Assembly (NCBI GenBank): GCA_963785075.1
Contig: CAWATW010000004.1
Location: forward strand, 338,516-402,515
Origin: an uncultured bacterium
Lineage (GTDB): Bacteria; Actinomycetota; Acidimicrobiia; Spongiisociales; ZC4RG35
Reading direction: 5' to 3'
Length of the DNA: 64,000 nucleotides
Positions 35,573 through 45,589 of this stretch are shown piece after piece. The translations under genes were made by a program, and so were the position numbers. The notes below the pieces were generated by a model. The model was not told the DNA's origin, ran no database searches, and saw nothing but the letters and a program-made list of their open reading frames with translations. The stretch's first letter is position 1, and each line of letters opens with the position of its first letter.

Positions 35573-36574
35573 GCACTACCACTCTCTTCCCCGCCGCCGT
35601 CGCATTCCTCGATCAGGTTCGCGAGCTGCTCGGCGACCTCACCGACGAGGACCGCGAGGAGGTGATCCAGGACCTCGAGGCGCACCTTGAGGATCTCGGC
35701 GTCACCAGCATCGAGCAGTCACTCGGCACCGCGGAGGCCTTCGTCGACGAGTTCCGCGCCAGCGCTGGGTTGTCCGCCGACAGCACCAAGCCTCGGGGAA
35801 GGGTGTCGACGCTCGTCGATGGGGTCGTAGATCGATGGATGGCAAGCTGGGAGCATCCTGTGATTGCGCAGCTGAACAAATTGACCGAGCCATTGAGGCC
35901 GGCATGGCCCTGGATCAGGGCGTGGCTCGCGCTGATGCTCGTCGCCTTCGGCACAGCGTGGGACGGAGTCGTGTTCCGGCGATTCCCCATTCCGAGTGTG
36001 AATGGGAGCGCGGTGACCGGTCTCGCGGCACTGGCGCTGGTCACCTGGATCTCGGTCACCGCCCAGCGCCGAGGACACCGGACTCGTCGCTTGACCGGCG
36101 GCATCCTCAATCTCGCCGCTGCGATCGCAATCCTGATCGGGGTGTTCGCACCATATGCCTTGATGACGTCGTGGGCGGCAAACAGCTACCAGCATCAGGA
36201 CACCGTTACCGCCTACGGAGGACTGGTCGGACCGTACGGCGACATCTCGAACATCCACGCATACGACCGTGACGGAAACCCGGTGGAAGTGTTGCTCTAC
36301 GACCAGGACGGCAACCCGCTGAGCAGTGTCCCAGGACGTGTACTTCATCGACGTCGGACAGATGGGCGACTCGTGGGGCGCCGTCAGATTCGGCACCGAC
36401 GCCTACGGCCAGCCGATCACCAACCTCTTTCCGCTCGAACGATTGGGCGAGATCTGGACCAACGGGACGGTGAGCTACGACGAGTTGCCTCCTCCGCGCG
36501 TCGCCCTGCCAGATCTCGGGGTACAAAGGGCCAATACGGTTCCGTCGACGATCGTCATCCCACCCGTCGACTGA
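35569..36574 (+). CDS. PadR-associated membrane protein (DUF1700-like N-terminus), apparently interrupted by a +1 frameshift near 36320-36330
   Basis: ATG overlaps the padR stop. Frame 1 reads plausibly up to ..LLYDQDGNPLSSVP. Frame 2 then reads plausibly (..DVYFIDVGQMGDSWGAVRFGTDAYGQPITNLFPLERLGEIW..) as far as the TGA at 36572-74. Confidence 0.45.
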
Positions 36575-36643
36575 CCCCCGGACGGGTTTTCGCGCACAAA
36601 AGGTGCGCTATTCACGCACTTTGTGCGCGAAAACCCGTCTCTG
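36575..36643. repeat. copy 2 of the ~70-bp repeat with an intact perfect 17-bp inverted repeat gacgggttttcgcgcac-N25-gtgcgcgaaaacccgtc, between convergent stops
   Basis: Directly read. Lies exactly between the + gene stop (36574) and the folK-fusion stop (36646). Confidence 0.7.
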
Positions 36644-36645
36644 GG

Positions 36646-37599
36646 TCACCAGATGACGGGGATGAATCGGCGCGGGACACGGACCCGGTATGACGAGTAC
36701 TCGGGATGGGCGAGCGTGAGGGCACGTTCCTCCATGCCCGACTTGTAGCGGAACAGCACAGCCAGCGCGATCAGCGGCACCAGCGCCCACGACGACGACA
36801 AGGTGATCGAGGCACCGACACCTCCGAGCAGGAGTCCGCCGTAGATGGGATGTCGCACCATCCCGAACACGCCACGCTGCACGAGGTTGGCGCCGGGACG
36901 GGGATCCGGCAGTGCCGAAAGGTCCTTTCCCAGAGCCAGCAGGGCGCCGACCGCGAGGAATCCGCCGAGCGCAGCCACAGCCACGCCCAACGTGAGCCGC
37001 CATGCCACCGGCTCGAGGTCGCCCGTGAACACCGCAATGGAGGCAAAGACGAGAAACAGGACGAACTGCAGACCCACGAGAACATGACCGAGCGTTCCAA
37101 GCCGGGGCTGATCGACAACCCAATGACCGGCCCAGCGGAACACCCCGCCCGGCGGTACCGCGGCCAGCGCTGCGGCCGCCGACAGACCGGACGAGACCAT
37201 CACGTCGGGTGCGATCTCGGCAACCGGTTCGAGCACGAAGCGGCGCTCGATCGCCCTGGGGTGCGGCACTACGAGCGCGGGCTCCTCGATGACCTCGTCG
37301 CCATGGCAGATCAAGTCGATGTCCAGCGTTCGCGGTCCCCACTGGATGTCCCGTACACGCCCGGCCTCTCGTTCGATCGCCAATACCGCATCGAGAAGAC
37401 GACGCGCCGACAGTTCCGTATCGATCAAGACGGCAGCATTCAGGAAACGGCCTTGGACAGGGCCACCCACCGGGTCGGTCTCGTAGAGCGACGACACCGC
37501 GACGACCGAACCGAGTTCGCCGATGCGCAACACCGCGGTCCGCATGTGCTCGAGGCGATCTCCGATGTTCGAGCCCAGCGCCAGGATCGACCTCGTCAT
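36646..37599 (-). CDS. folK: HPPK (FolK) fused to a C-terminal ICMT/PEMT-like membrane methyltransferase-family domain
   Basis: N-term MTRSILALGSNIGDRL..LYETDPVGGP..PRTLDIDLI is the HPPK signature. C-term ..RHPIYGGLLLGGVGASITL..EERALTLAHPEYSSYRVRVPRRFIP resembles the isoprenylcysteine carboxyl methyltransferase / phospholipid methyltransferase family. Single continuous ORF. Confidence 0.7.
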   Translation of the reverse strand: MTRSILALGSNIGDRLEHMRTAVLRIGELGSVVAVSSLYETDPVGGPVQGRFLNAAVLIDTELSARRLLDAVLAIEREAGRVRDIQWGPRTLDIDLICHGDEVIEEPALVVPHPRAIERRFVLEPVAEIAPDVMVSSGLSAAAALAAVPPGGVFRWAGHWVVDQPRLGTLGHVLVGLQFVLFLVFASIAVFTGDLEPVAWRLTLGVAVAALGGFLAVGALLALGKDLSALPDPRPGANLVQRGVFGMVRHPIYGGLLLGGVGASITLSSSWALVPLIALAVLFRYKSGMEERALTLAHPEYSSYRVRVPRRFIPVIW

Positions 37600-37958
37600 C
37601 GGGAACGACTGATCTGGACGGCCACGTCCCTGAACGGCATCCCGATCGGCGCTCGCGGCTTGTGAACAGCCACGTCGACCGATCGACAGAGACGGAATTC
37701 GTCCAGCACCGTCTCGGCGACGCGCTCGGCAACCCGTTCGATGAGCTGCCACCGCTCGCCGCCAACCACCGCGTGCACGCGATGGGTCAGATCGGCATAG
37801 TCGACGGTGGCCGTCAGATCATCGGTGCGCCCAGCCTCGCCCAGATCCAGGTGAAGGGTCAGATCGACCACGAAGGGCTGCGGGAATTCGGCCTCGTGCG
37901 GGCTGCAGCCGTGTGTTCCGTACACCTCGATGCCAAAGACAGAAAGCGAGTCGCTCAC
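37596..37958 (-). CDS. folB: dihydroneopterin aldolase
   Basis: ..FGIEVYGTHGCSPHEAEFPQPFVVDLTLHLDL..TDDLTATVDYADL.. ATGA overlap with folK. Confidence 0.85.
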   Translation of the reverse strand: MSDSLSVFGIEVYGTHGCSPHEAEFPQPFVVDLTLHLDLGEAGRTDDLTATVDYADLTHRVHAVVGGERWQLIERVAERVAETVLDEFRLCRSVDVAVHKPRAPIGMPFRDVAVQISRSR

Positions 37959-38440
37959 GAGTCGCCCACGGGGCCGGGTATGAGCGCCCGTCCCTCCGGG
38001 CCGAGCGGACGCCCGAGGATCTCCTGGATGATGGCTGCTGCCAGGATTCGATCGTCCAGCAGGCCGGAGACGATCAGATACCCACCGAGCAGGCCGGCCA
38101 GGACGTCGTCGATGACCTCACGATGAACCAGGACGCGGGCGTGAGGATCGGACAGCGCCTCGTCCAGAGCTGCGTAGAGCTTGGCCGGGAAGGACTTGTC
38201 CATGTCTGTCATCGGCACCGAGATCGTCCGGATGCCGGCCGCAGCGTACGCTCCGACGTTCTGATTACCGGGCAGCAGGTTCACGACACAGGTGATCCTG
38301 GCCTCCGATACGAGCCAGGTGATCTCCTCCTCGCGCCTCACACGCCGATGCTGGAAACCATTACCCCCGATACGTTCCGACACGGCGAGCCGGTCGGAGA
38401 TGATCCAAGTGAATCCTCTGGGTTTGAGTCCGGTGATCAT
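37955..38440 (-). CDS. conserved hypothetical protein between folP and folB
   Basis: 161-aa ORF translationally coupled on both sides. No confident family. There is a weak resemblance to the tyrosine/dual-specificity phosphatase fold, but no CX5R P-loop. Confidence 0.35.
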   Translation of the reverse strand: MITGLKPRGFTWIISDRLAVSERIGGNGFQHRRVRREEEITWLVSEARITCVVNLLPGNQNVGAYAAAGIRTISVPMTDMDKSFPAKLYAALDEALSDPHARVLVHREVIDDVLAGLLGGYLIVSGLLDDRILAAAIIQEILGRPLGPEGRALIPGPVGDS

Positions 38441-39309
38441 GTACTGCTGTCTGGGGAGTTTGCGCGAGCGTCAACGATAGCCCGGGCGAGCAGCGCGGCA
38501 TGGCGTGACGCCAAGGGATCATGAACTCTCACTGCGGCCGCCCCCCGTTCGATTGCGAGCGCGGTGGTGACCGCAGTGGCGCCGTCTCTCATGCGAGGAT
38601 CCGGAAGATCCAACAGGGTTCCGAGGAAGCTCTTTCGAGACGTTCCGACCATCACCGGCCATCCCAGGGCCGTGATCTCCTCGAGGCGCGCCAGGAGTGC
38701 CAGGTTGTGTGCCGTGGTCTTGCCGAACCCGATGCCAGGGTCGAGGCAGATGCGATCAGAGCTCATGCCCTCTGCCAAACACAGCTCCGCCTGAGCTTCG
38801 AGGTACGACACCACCTCTCCAACCACATCGTCGTACTCGGGAGCTTCCTGCATGGTGCGGGGAAGGCCGCGCATGTGCATGACCACCACCCCCGCCCCCC
38901 GATCGATCGCCACTCGACGCATCTCGGGGTCGCGGAGCCCGCTGACGTCATTGATGATTTCGGCGCCCGCTTCGAGGGCGGCCGCCGCCACCTCTGCCTT
39001 CATCGTGTCGATCGAAACGATCGCGCCGGTTGATGCCAGTTCCTCGACGAGGGGAATCACACGACCGAGTTCGACATCGACGCTCACAGATTCGGCGCCG
39101 GGTCTCGTCGACTCGCCCCCGATGTCGACGATGTCAGCGCCGGCGGCCACCAACGCACGGCCGAACGGGATCGCCTCCGCCGGATCGACGTGATCCCCCC
39201 CATCGGAAAAGCTGTCGGGCGTGACGTTGAGGATCCCCATGATCACGGGGCTCGACAGATCCAATGTGCGCGACCTGAGCCGCCACGCCCGGTCCGTTGC
39301 GTCGACCAT
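38437..39309 (-). CDS. folP: dihydropteroate synthase
   Basis: ..VIMGILNVTPDSFSDGG.., ..DIVDIGGESTRPGA.., ..DPGIGFGKT.. Start at MVDATDRA (39309). Confidence 0.88.
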   Translation of the reverse strand: MVDATDRAWRLRSRTLDLSSPVIMGILNVTPDSFSDGGDHVDPAEAIPFGRALVAAGADIVDIGGESTRPGAESVSVDVELGRVIPLVEELASTGAIVSIDTMKAEVAAAALEAGAEIINDVSGLRDPEMRRVAIDRGAGVVVMHMRGLPRTMQEAPEYDDVVGEVVSYLEAQAELCLAEGMSSDRICLDPGIGFGKTTAHNLALLARLEEITALGWPVMVGTSRKSFLGTLLDLPDPRMRDGATAVTTALAIERGAAAVRVHDPLASRHAALLARAIVDARANSPDSST

Positions 39310-39322
39310 GCGGGCTGCCCGG

Positions 39323-41251
39323 TCAGTGGGTCGAGCGTGTGGGCTCGGTCTGTTGGGCGGCTGCGATCCCGCCGTTCGACGGGGCCGACGCCGATGGACG
39401 GCGAATCCGCAGCTCGCCACCGGCTGCATGCTCCCACTTGGGGACATCGTGGAAGACGCTGGCGACCTCGTCTCGATCGAGGGTCTCCCGCTCGATCAAC
39501 TCCACCGACAGCCGATGGAGAGCGTCGAGGTGGGACGAAATGATCTCGCGCGCCTCGTCGTGCGCAGCGCTGATGAGCGCACGCACTTCTTCGTCGATCC
39601 AGGCCGCCACCTCGTCGGAATAGTCGGCTTGACGGGTGTAGTCACGTCCCAGGAAGACCTCGCCGCTGGCATGGCCGTATTTCATCGGACCGAGCCGATC
39701 GCTCATTCCGAACTCCATCACCATGCGCCGGGCCAGGGCGGTCGCCTTCTCGATGTCGTTGGAGGCGCCGGTCGAGGGGTCCCCGAACACGATCTCCTCG
39801 GCGGTACGGCCACCAAGGGCGTAGGCCAGCTCGTCCACCATCTCGCTCCGGCGCTTGTAGTACCGGTCCTCGGTGGGCAGCGCCAGCGTGTATCCGCCGG
39901 CGCGGCCCCGCGGGATGATGGTCACCTTGTGGATCGGGTCGAGGTGCGGCAATGCGAAGCCCACCAGCGCATGTCCACCCTCGTGATACGCGGTGAGCTT
40001 CTTCTCGTCCTCGGACATCACTCGCGTCTTGCGCTCTGGTCCGGCCATCACCCGGTCGATGGCCTCTTCCAGCTCGTCCATGCCGATCTTCGTCTTCCGC
40101 CGACGCGCCGTGAGCAGCGCGGCCTCGTTGATGAGGTTGGCGAGATCGGCGCCGGTGAAACCGGGCGTGCGGCGAGCCAGCACTGCGAGCTCGACGTCGG
40201 TGTCGAATGGCTTGCCACGAGCGTGCACACCGAGGATGCCTTCACGGCCTCTGATGTCAGGGGCGTCGATGATGATCTGCCGGTCGAAACGTCCGGGCCG
40301 GAGCAGGGCCGGATCGAGGATGTCGGGCCGGTTCGTGGCAGCCATGACGATCACACCCGTGTTGCCTTCGAACCCGTCCAGCTCGACCAAGAGCTGGTTC
40401 AGCGTCTGTTCACGCTCGTCGTGTCCGCCGCCGAGACCGGCTCCACGATGCCGGCCGACAGCGTCGATCTCGTCGATGAACACGATCGCCGGTGCGTTCT
40501 GCTTGGCCTGATCGAAGAGGTCGCGAACGCGGCTGGCGCCGACACCCACGAACATCTCGACGAAGTCCGATCCGGAGATCGACAGGAACGGAACGCCTGC
40601 CTCTCCTGCGATGGCGCGGGCCAAGAGGGTTTTTCCGGTACCGGGCGGTCCGAACAGGAGCACACCTTTGGGGATCTTGGCTCCCAGGGCCCGGTACTTG
40701 TCGGGGTGGGACAGGAAGTCTTTGATCTCTTCGAGTTCTTCGATGGCCTCGTCGATGCCGGCCACGTCCTTGAAGGTGACTTTGGGCTGGTCCTTGCTGA
40801 TGGTCTTCGCCTTGGCCTTCCCGAATTGCATGACTCGGTTTCCCGATCCCTGCATCTGCATGAAGATGAAGACCATGAATCCGATCAGGAAGAGCCACGG
40901 GAGGAACCCGATCAGGATCTCGAAGAAGCTCGGCGGTTCGACGTCGTCTTCGACCTCCACACCGGCTGCGAGCACCTTGGCGGTGATGTCTCCCTCGTAC
41001 TGCTCGGGATACTTCACCACGAAGTCGTACGCATCCTCGGCCGCACTGGAGTCGACGAAGCGGCCGCGGATCCGGTCGCTCCGCTCGAGGATGACCACCT
41101 CTGCGATCTCGCCGGCCTCGAGCCGGTTCTCGAAGTCGGAGAGGACGATTTCGGTCGGCGCCGAGATCTGGTCGAACCACTGCTGGGCTACGACTGCGAG
41201 TACGGCGAAGACCAAGCCGTAGATGAGCAGCGTACGGAAGGTGCGGTTCAA
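39323..41251 (-). CDS. ftsH: ATP-dependent zinc metalloprotease FtsH
   Basis: N-terminal TM pair, AAA+ Walker [17 protein letters not shown] region, HEGGHALVG zinc site. Confidence 0.95.
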   Translation of the reverse strand: MNRTFRTLLIYGLVFAVLAVVAQQWFDQISAPTEIVLSDFENRLEAGEIAEVVILERSDRIRGRFVDSSAAEDAYDFVVKYPEQYEGDITAKVLAAGVEVEDDVEPPSFFEILIGFLPWLFLIGFMVFIFMQMQGSGNRVMQFGKAKAKTISKDQPKVTFKDVAGIDEAIEELEEIKDFLSHPDKYRALGAKIPKGVLLFGPPGTGKTLLARAIAGEAGVPFLSISGSDFVEMFVGVGASRVRDLFDQAKQNAPAIVFIDEIDAVGRHRGAGLGGGHDEREQTLNQLLVELDGFEGNTGVIVMAATNRPDILDPALLRPGRFDRQIIIDAPDIRGREGILGVHARGKPFDTDVELAVLARRTPGFTGADLANLINEAALLTARRRKTKIGMDELEEAIDRVMAGPERKTRVMSEDEKKLTAYHEGGHALVGFALPHLDPIHKVTIIPRGRAGGYTLALPTEDRYYKRRSEMVDELAYALGGRTAEEIVFGDPSTGASNDIEKATALARRMVMEFGMSDRLGPMKYGHASGEVFLGRDYTRQADYSDEVAAWIDEEVRALISAAHDEAREIISSHLDALHRLSVELIERETLDRDEVASVFHDVPKWEHAAGGELRIRRPSASAPSNGGIAAAQQTEPTRSTH

Positions 41252-41459
41252 GGTCGGCCTCTGGTCGGTTGAGTCATGGGGTTGTCAGCGAGGAACGGCG
41301 GGACTTCACACGGAGTCGGAGACGCTCACGGTCGCACCGCTCACGCGGCGAGTGGCAGGCGACACCGAGCACCGGCCGTTCCTCCGAGACCACATGGTAC
41401 GGGACGATCCCGTCTAAGGGAACCTGAAGCGGTCGACAACCGGATCGCGACGTGCTGAC

Positions 41460-42044
41460 TCACTCCGGGTCACCCTCCATGACACCCACGTACGGGAGGT
41501 TCCGGTATCGCCCGGCGTAGTCGAGCCCGTATCCGATCACGAACTCAGGACCGATCTCGAAGCACGGATACCTGACGTCGATCGGCACCCGTTGAATGCC
41601 ACGCTTGACGAGCAGCGCAGCGATTTCGATCGACTCGGGCTTCCGTACCCGAAGGGATTTCATCAGATAGTTGAGGGTGAGTCCCGAGTCGATGATGTCC
41701 TCGACGATGAGGACGTGGCGGTCGGCGATCTCCTGGTCGAGATCCTTGAGGATGCGCACGACGCCGGACGTCTGAGTCGATGCGCCGTACGAGCTCACCG
41801 CCATGAAGTCGAACTCGACGGGAAGGTCGATGTGTCGCGCCAGGTCGGCCATCACCATGAAGGCCCCCTTGAGCACGCCGACGACCAGGAGGTCCCGGTC
41901 GCGATAGTCGGCAGTGATCTGAGCACCGACCTCGGTGAGCTTTGCGTCGATCTCATCGGCCGAAATGAGCGTTCGAATGCTTCCCAACGAAGATCCTCTG
42001 TCGCGAGGTTGCCAAGGTAGTTCACCGGCCGCGTCGGAGCACAA
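41460..42044 (-). CDS. hpt: hypoxanthine-guanine phosphoribosyltransferase
   Basis: ..LLVVGVLKGAFMVMADL.. and the PRPP-binding motif ..VLIVEDIIDSGLTL.. Exact start uncertain. Confidence 0.85.
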   Translation of the reverse strand: MCSDAAGELPWQPRDRGSSLGSIRTLISADEIDAKLTEVGAQITADYRDRDLLVVGVLKGAFMVMADLARHIDLPVEFDFMAVSSYGASTQTSGVVRILKDLDQEIADRHVLIVEDIIDSGLTLNYLMKSLRVRKPESIEIAALLVKRGIQRVPIDVRYPCFEIGPEFVIGYGLDYAGRYRNLPYVGVMEGDPE

Positions 42045-42065
42045 CCGAAACGGTGCTCGTTGTGC

Positions 42066-43010
42066 TCAGGACGTTCCGACACCCATCGTGAACAGGAGCC
42101 AACCACCATCGACGTCGACCGTGAGCCGGCCGATCTCGGCGCGCCTCACCCGCCGATGGGCGACATCCAGTGCCGTGTCGACCACCCGCAGCGGTGGCGG
42201 ATACGGTGGCTCGAGTGCCCTGATCGCCTGGCGCACCGCCCTCGCTGCGATCCCGGGATGAGCCGTCAGCAGCCCGCTGAGCGACAACCTGATCGCATCC
42301 GAGGTCACGACCCTGTCGATCTCGGAAGCGAGATCTTCGAGAACTGAGACATCCCTTCGGATCACCTCTGCCGACCGATGCAACGTGGTCGACAGACCAG
42401 CACCGAACGTCGATTCGATCACCGGCAGAAGATCGTTCCGGATCCTGTTCCGGAGATGACTCCGATCGAGGTTGGCAGGGTCATCGAACCAGGGCATCCC
42501 GGTGATCGCCGCCAACTCGCGTGCGTCCGACCTGCTCGAGTCGAGGAGCGGACGGACATAGGGAGGTTCGCAGTGTCCCATGCCCGCAAGCCCATCGAGC
42601 CCTGAACCCCGAACGAGGCGCATGAGCACGGTCTCGACCTGATCGTCACGGGTGTGGCCGACCACAAGCCATTCTGCGGGCCCCAGTGTTCGCGTCAGCG
42701 CCTCATGACGAACCGTCCGCGCTCGGGCCTCGTAGCTCGGACCCGCCGGAACCTCGACCCGCTCGAAAGTGAGTGGGATCGAAAGTCGGTTGGCGATCGA
42801 CACCGCGGCCACCTCCAGCCGATCGGCCGCCACCGATCCATGATGGACGTGGATCGCCCGCACGCTCCGGCCGGAGTCCACGGACAACCAGGCTGCCGCC
42901 GCCGAATCTGCCCCACCAGACAGCCCGACGACCAGATCGCCTCCCGGGCAATCGTTGAGAACGGAACGCGATTGGGCGGCGAGCTGGGTCAGCCGACGCG
43001 GTTCAGCCAT
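42066..43010 (-). CDS. tilS: tRNA(Ile)-lysidine synthetase
   Basis: PP-loop LVVGLSGGADSAAAAWL. Start at MAEPRRL (43010). Confidence 0.85.
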   Translation of the reverse strand: MAEPRRLTQLAAQSRSVLNDCPGGDLVVGLSGGADSAAAAWLSVDSGRSVRAIHVHHGSVAADRLEVAAVSIANRLSIPLTFERVEVPAGPSYEARARTVRHEALTRTLGPAEWLVVGHTRDDQVETVLMRLVRGSGLDGLAGMGHCEPPYVRPLLDSSRSDARELAAITGMPWFDDPANLDRSHLRNRIRNDLLPVIESTFGAGLSTTLHRSAEVIRRDVSVLEDLASEIDRVVTSDAIRLSLSGLLTAHPGIAARAVRQAIRALEPPYPPPLRVVDTALDVAHRRVRRAEIGRLTVDVDGGWLLFTMGVGTS

Positions 43011-44035
43011 GACTGTGGATCTTCGATCTCGGCGATCGTAGGAACGGCATCTGGTCCAGTCCACGCCCGATCGAGCGCCGACCAACCGGCTGCGGCTTCG
43101 ACCCCTTTCACGAACCGCTCGCCCGCTTCGTACTGACGCATCTTCATCTCCATGCCGGTGAGGCGAAAGAACCAGGCGGCCTTCGGATCGGTGCGACGCG
43201 CCTTGAGCATGGCGGACATCCGTGCCTGTCCCGGAAGAATCCGCTCACCGACCCGATCCATCACCACGTGGCCGTGACCCTCCAAGAGTGACATCAGCGC
43301 CTGAACCCGATCGAGGGCCGCTCCTCGCTTCGGCGAGGCGAGGAGACCCATCAGACCTCGTTCGTCGATCAGCGGTTCACCTGCCCGACGCGCCGATCGG
43401 TAGCGGGAGACGATGGTCCTGAGCCGGGAGTCTTCGGGCGTCGAAGTGTCGACGAGTTCGTGGACCAGGCTCATGAAGTACTCGCGGAGCCACGGAACCC
43501 CGACGAACTGCGCTCGATGGGCAGCCTCGTGAAGCGAGATCCACATGCGGAACTCGGCAGGTCGGAACTGGCGAGCACGCTCCATCTGCAGGATGTTCGC
43601 GCCCACGAATGCGATCGAGTCGGCGTCGTCACCGGAAGGTACGACCAGTTCGTACTGGCCCAGGACCCGACGCGAGAGGAAACCGAGCAGCGCTCCGACC
43701 TCGGCACCCATCATCTTGTGCGCCAGAAGTCGGGCTGTGTCGTCGTCGAGACCCTCCATCCGCTCGACCAGCCTGCGTTCTGCAGGTTCGATCAGCTGCG
43801 AGAACCCCGCGATGTTGCGCTCGGCCCACTCGCGCCGATCCACGATGATGACATCGGGCCGACCCGGTAGGGGGAGACCAGTCTCGGTGGACACCATCTC
43901 GTTGGCCGCCGCCACGATCGGTGGCATCTCGGCCACGAGATGATCGAAGTGATAGGAGTCGGCGAGATCGTACGTGCGGCCGACGAGTCCGGCGATGCGA
44001 CCGGCGAAGGGCCACGGGCCTTCGTCGGTGGTCAC
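42989..44035 (-). CDS. zinc-dependent metalloprotease-like conserved actinobacterial protein (HExxH)
   Basis: ..WISLHEAAHRAQFVGVPWL.. HExxH motif. About 350 aa. Occupies the position upstream of tilS that conserved hypotheticals hold in actinomycetes. Confidence 0.55.
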   Translation of the reverse strand: MTTDEGPWPFAGRIAGLVGRTYDLADSYHFDHLVAEMPPIVAAANEMVSTETGLPLPGRPDVIIVDRREWAERNIAGFSQLIEPAERRLVERMEGLDDDTARLLAHKMMGAEVGALLGFLSRRVLGQYELVVPSGDDADSIAFVGANILQMERARQFRPAEFRMWISLHEAAHRAQFVGVPWLREYFMSLVHELVDTSTPEDSRLRTIVSRYRSARRAGEPLIDERGLMGLLASPKRGAALDRVQALMSLLEGHGHVVMDRVGERILPGQARMSAMLKARRTDPKAAWFFRLTGMEMKMRQYEAGERFVKGVEAAAGWSALDRAWTGPDAVPTIAEIEDPQSWLNRVG

Positions 44036-44340
44036 TCGACCGTCTTGTACCTGGTCCGAACGACCTTGACGAAATACTGCACGACGGTTCCGAACACCAG
44101 GAGACCGGCGATCACGATCGAGGTCGGGATGAGATACCTGATCGTCCAGGGCTGGAGAACCTCCGGCTCAGGGGTCTCGACGATCGAAACCGCCGGGGGC
44201 CTTGCCGGCGCGGTCTCCTCGGCCACCGTGGTCTCGGTCGCCACGGTCGTCTCGGTTTCGGCGGCTCCGGCAATCGCCGGCAACATCATCGACAACAGGA
44301 TTCCGATCAGGATGGCGATGGGGAACAAGCGGTTTCGCAT
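44032..44340 (-). CDS. small secreted/membrane protein (signal peptide, acidic Thr/Glu repeats, C-terminal TM)
   Basis: ORF with an N-terminal hydrophobic segment ..LPAIAGAAETETTVATETTVAEE.. and a C-terminal TM. ATGA overlap with the upstream gene. Confidence 0.4.
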   Translation of the reverse strand: MRNRLFPIAILIGILLSMMLPAIAGAAETETTVATETTVAEETAPARPPAVSIVETPEPEVLQPWTIRYLIPTSIVIAGLLVFGTVVQYFVKVVRTRYKTVE

Positions 44341-44410
44341 GGCGCCGTGCAGCCTACCCCGCCCGGTGATGACCAGCGAACCATCGTCGCCGGCCGGACT
44401 CGGCGTCCGG

Positions 44411-44650
44411 TCAGGCGTCGCGGTGATCCGACAGGTGCGCCCGCAGCCGTTCCAGCATCTCAGGGGGCACCTCTTCTCGGAGCTTGGTCCTCACCACCAC
44501 GCGCAGTCGCTCTTCGAAGACGAAGGCACCGCCGCACGGCGGGCAGTCGTCGAGATGGAACCGGATCCGCTCCGCCACCTGCTCGTCATCGAGTTCGTGA
44601 TCGAGATACGTGTAGAGGTTGGCGAGGGCCTCATCACAATGGTCAGACAT
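44411..44650 (-). CDS. zinc-binding anti-sigma factor (ZAS family, RsrA/RshA-like)
   Basis: ..[37 protein letters not shown].. gives the H-x3-C-x2-C ZAS motif. Overlaps the 3' end of the ECF sigma gene. Confidence 0.8.
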   Translation of the reverse strand: MSDHCDEALANLYTYLDHELDDEQVAERIRFHLDDCPPCGGAFVFEERLRVVVRTKLREEVPPEMLERLRAHLSDHRDA

Positions 44651-45290
44651 CGGTCACCTCATCGGGGAGCAGGCCGCGTTCTCTTGCGAACTCCCACAAC
44701 GCTCGCTGGAGCGCTTTTCTTCCCCGATGGAGCCGCGACATCACGGTTCCGATCGGGATGTCCAAGATCTCGGCGATCTCCTTGTACGCAAAACCTTCGA
44801 GGTCGGCCAACAGGACCGGGATTCGGAAGTTCTCGGGCAGCGCCTCGACGGCCCGTTTGATGTCGCTCTCGACCAACCCGTCGAGCACCTGGTCTTCGAC
44901 GCTGCGGGCCGCCTCGGCCGACTGCTCGGATCCGAGGCGCCGATAGAGATACAGATCTTCGACCTCACCGAGATCGGTCTCGGTGGGACGACGCGTGTCC
45001 CGTCGGTACTTGTTGATGTAGGTGTTGGTCAGGATGCGATAGAGCCATGCCTTCAGGTTCGTGCCCGCCTCGAACGTGTTGTATGCCCGATAGGCCTTGA
45101 GGTACGTCTCCTGGACGAGGTCCTCGGCATCTGCCGGATTACGAGTCATCCGCATGGCCGCGCTGAACAGCTGCGGTGCATATTCCATCGCATCTCGTTC
45201 GAAGTCGGCCTGGTCTGCCACGGCCGAAACGGTAGCAAGCCCGACATGGCACCAAACCTGGACACTTGGCGCCGGGGGCGCGGGCGCCAT
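44643..45290 (-). CDS. sigH: ECF sigma factor, SigH/SigR-like
   Basis: ..[67 protein letters not shown].. is near-identical in pattern to mycobacterial SigH. Start uncertain (ATG 45290, or downstream in-frame GTGs near 45245/45230). Confidence 0.85.
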   Translation of the reverse strand: MAPAPPAPSVQVWCHVGLATVSAVADQADFERDAMEYAPQLFSAAMRMTRNPADAEDLVQETYLKAYRAYNTFEAGTNLKAWLYRILTNTYINKYRRDTRRPTETDLGEVEDLYLYRRLGSEQSAEAARSVEDQVLDGLVESDIKRAVEALPENFRIPVLLADLEGFAYKEIAEILDIPIGTVMSRLHRGRKALQRALWEFARERGLLPDEVTDV

Positions 45291-45299
45291 CGTGGCACC

Positions 45300-45327
45300 A
45301 GGTCCGGAGTCCGAGGTCCGACGTCCG
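45300..45327 (-). repeat. 4 tandem heptamers (reading the - strand: cggacgt cggacct cggactc cggacct) immediately upstream of the sigH ATG at 45290
   Basis: Directly read. Same unit family as the array at 63644-63671. Confidence 0.55.
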
Positions 45328-45419
45328 TCCCGGACCGCCCGCCTGTGCGGCGCCAAGAAGCTCTGGACCGCGGGTTGAGAGGGGTCGGGCGGCGCCCGCT
45401 CATGACCGAATACTGGCTA

Positions 45420-45431
45420 CTGAGTGCTCAG
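45420..45431. promoter_or_regulatory. near-palindrome ctgagtgctcag 20 bp from the tRNA-Thr 3' end
   Basis: Related to the perfect palindrome at 45594-45605. Confidence 0.3.
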
Positions 45432-45452
45432 CGCTGCCGGACGAAGTCCGGC

Positions 45453-45527
45453 TGGAGCCGAGGGGGGGATTTGAACCCCCGACCTACGCATTACGAGTGC
45501 GTTGCTCTACCCCTGAGCTACCCCGGC
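45453..45527 (-). tRNA. tRNA-Thr (anticodon CGU)
   Basis: Reverse complement GCCGGGGTAGCTCAGGGGTAGAGCAACGCACTCGTAATGCGTAGGTCGGGGGTTCAAATCCCCCCCTCGGCTCCA. 7-bp acceptor stem (one G-U pair), D/anticodon/T arms, GTTCAAATC T-loop, genomically encoded CCA. Confidence 0.85.
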
Positions 45528-45589
45528 AGTCGGCCCGCAAGGTTAGTGGGTCCCGACGCCTCGGGAACCAAGGTGTGGTACTCCGCACC

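Noticed and set aside
36706-37665. 319-aa plus-strand ORF
   Set aside because: Antisense to the folK fusion gene.
39221-41272. 683-aa plus-strand ORF
   Set aside because: Antisense to ftsH, which has unambiguous AAA+/HExxH motifs.
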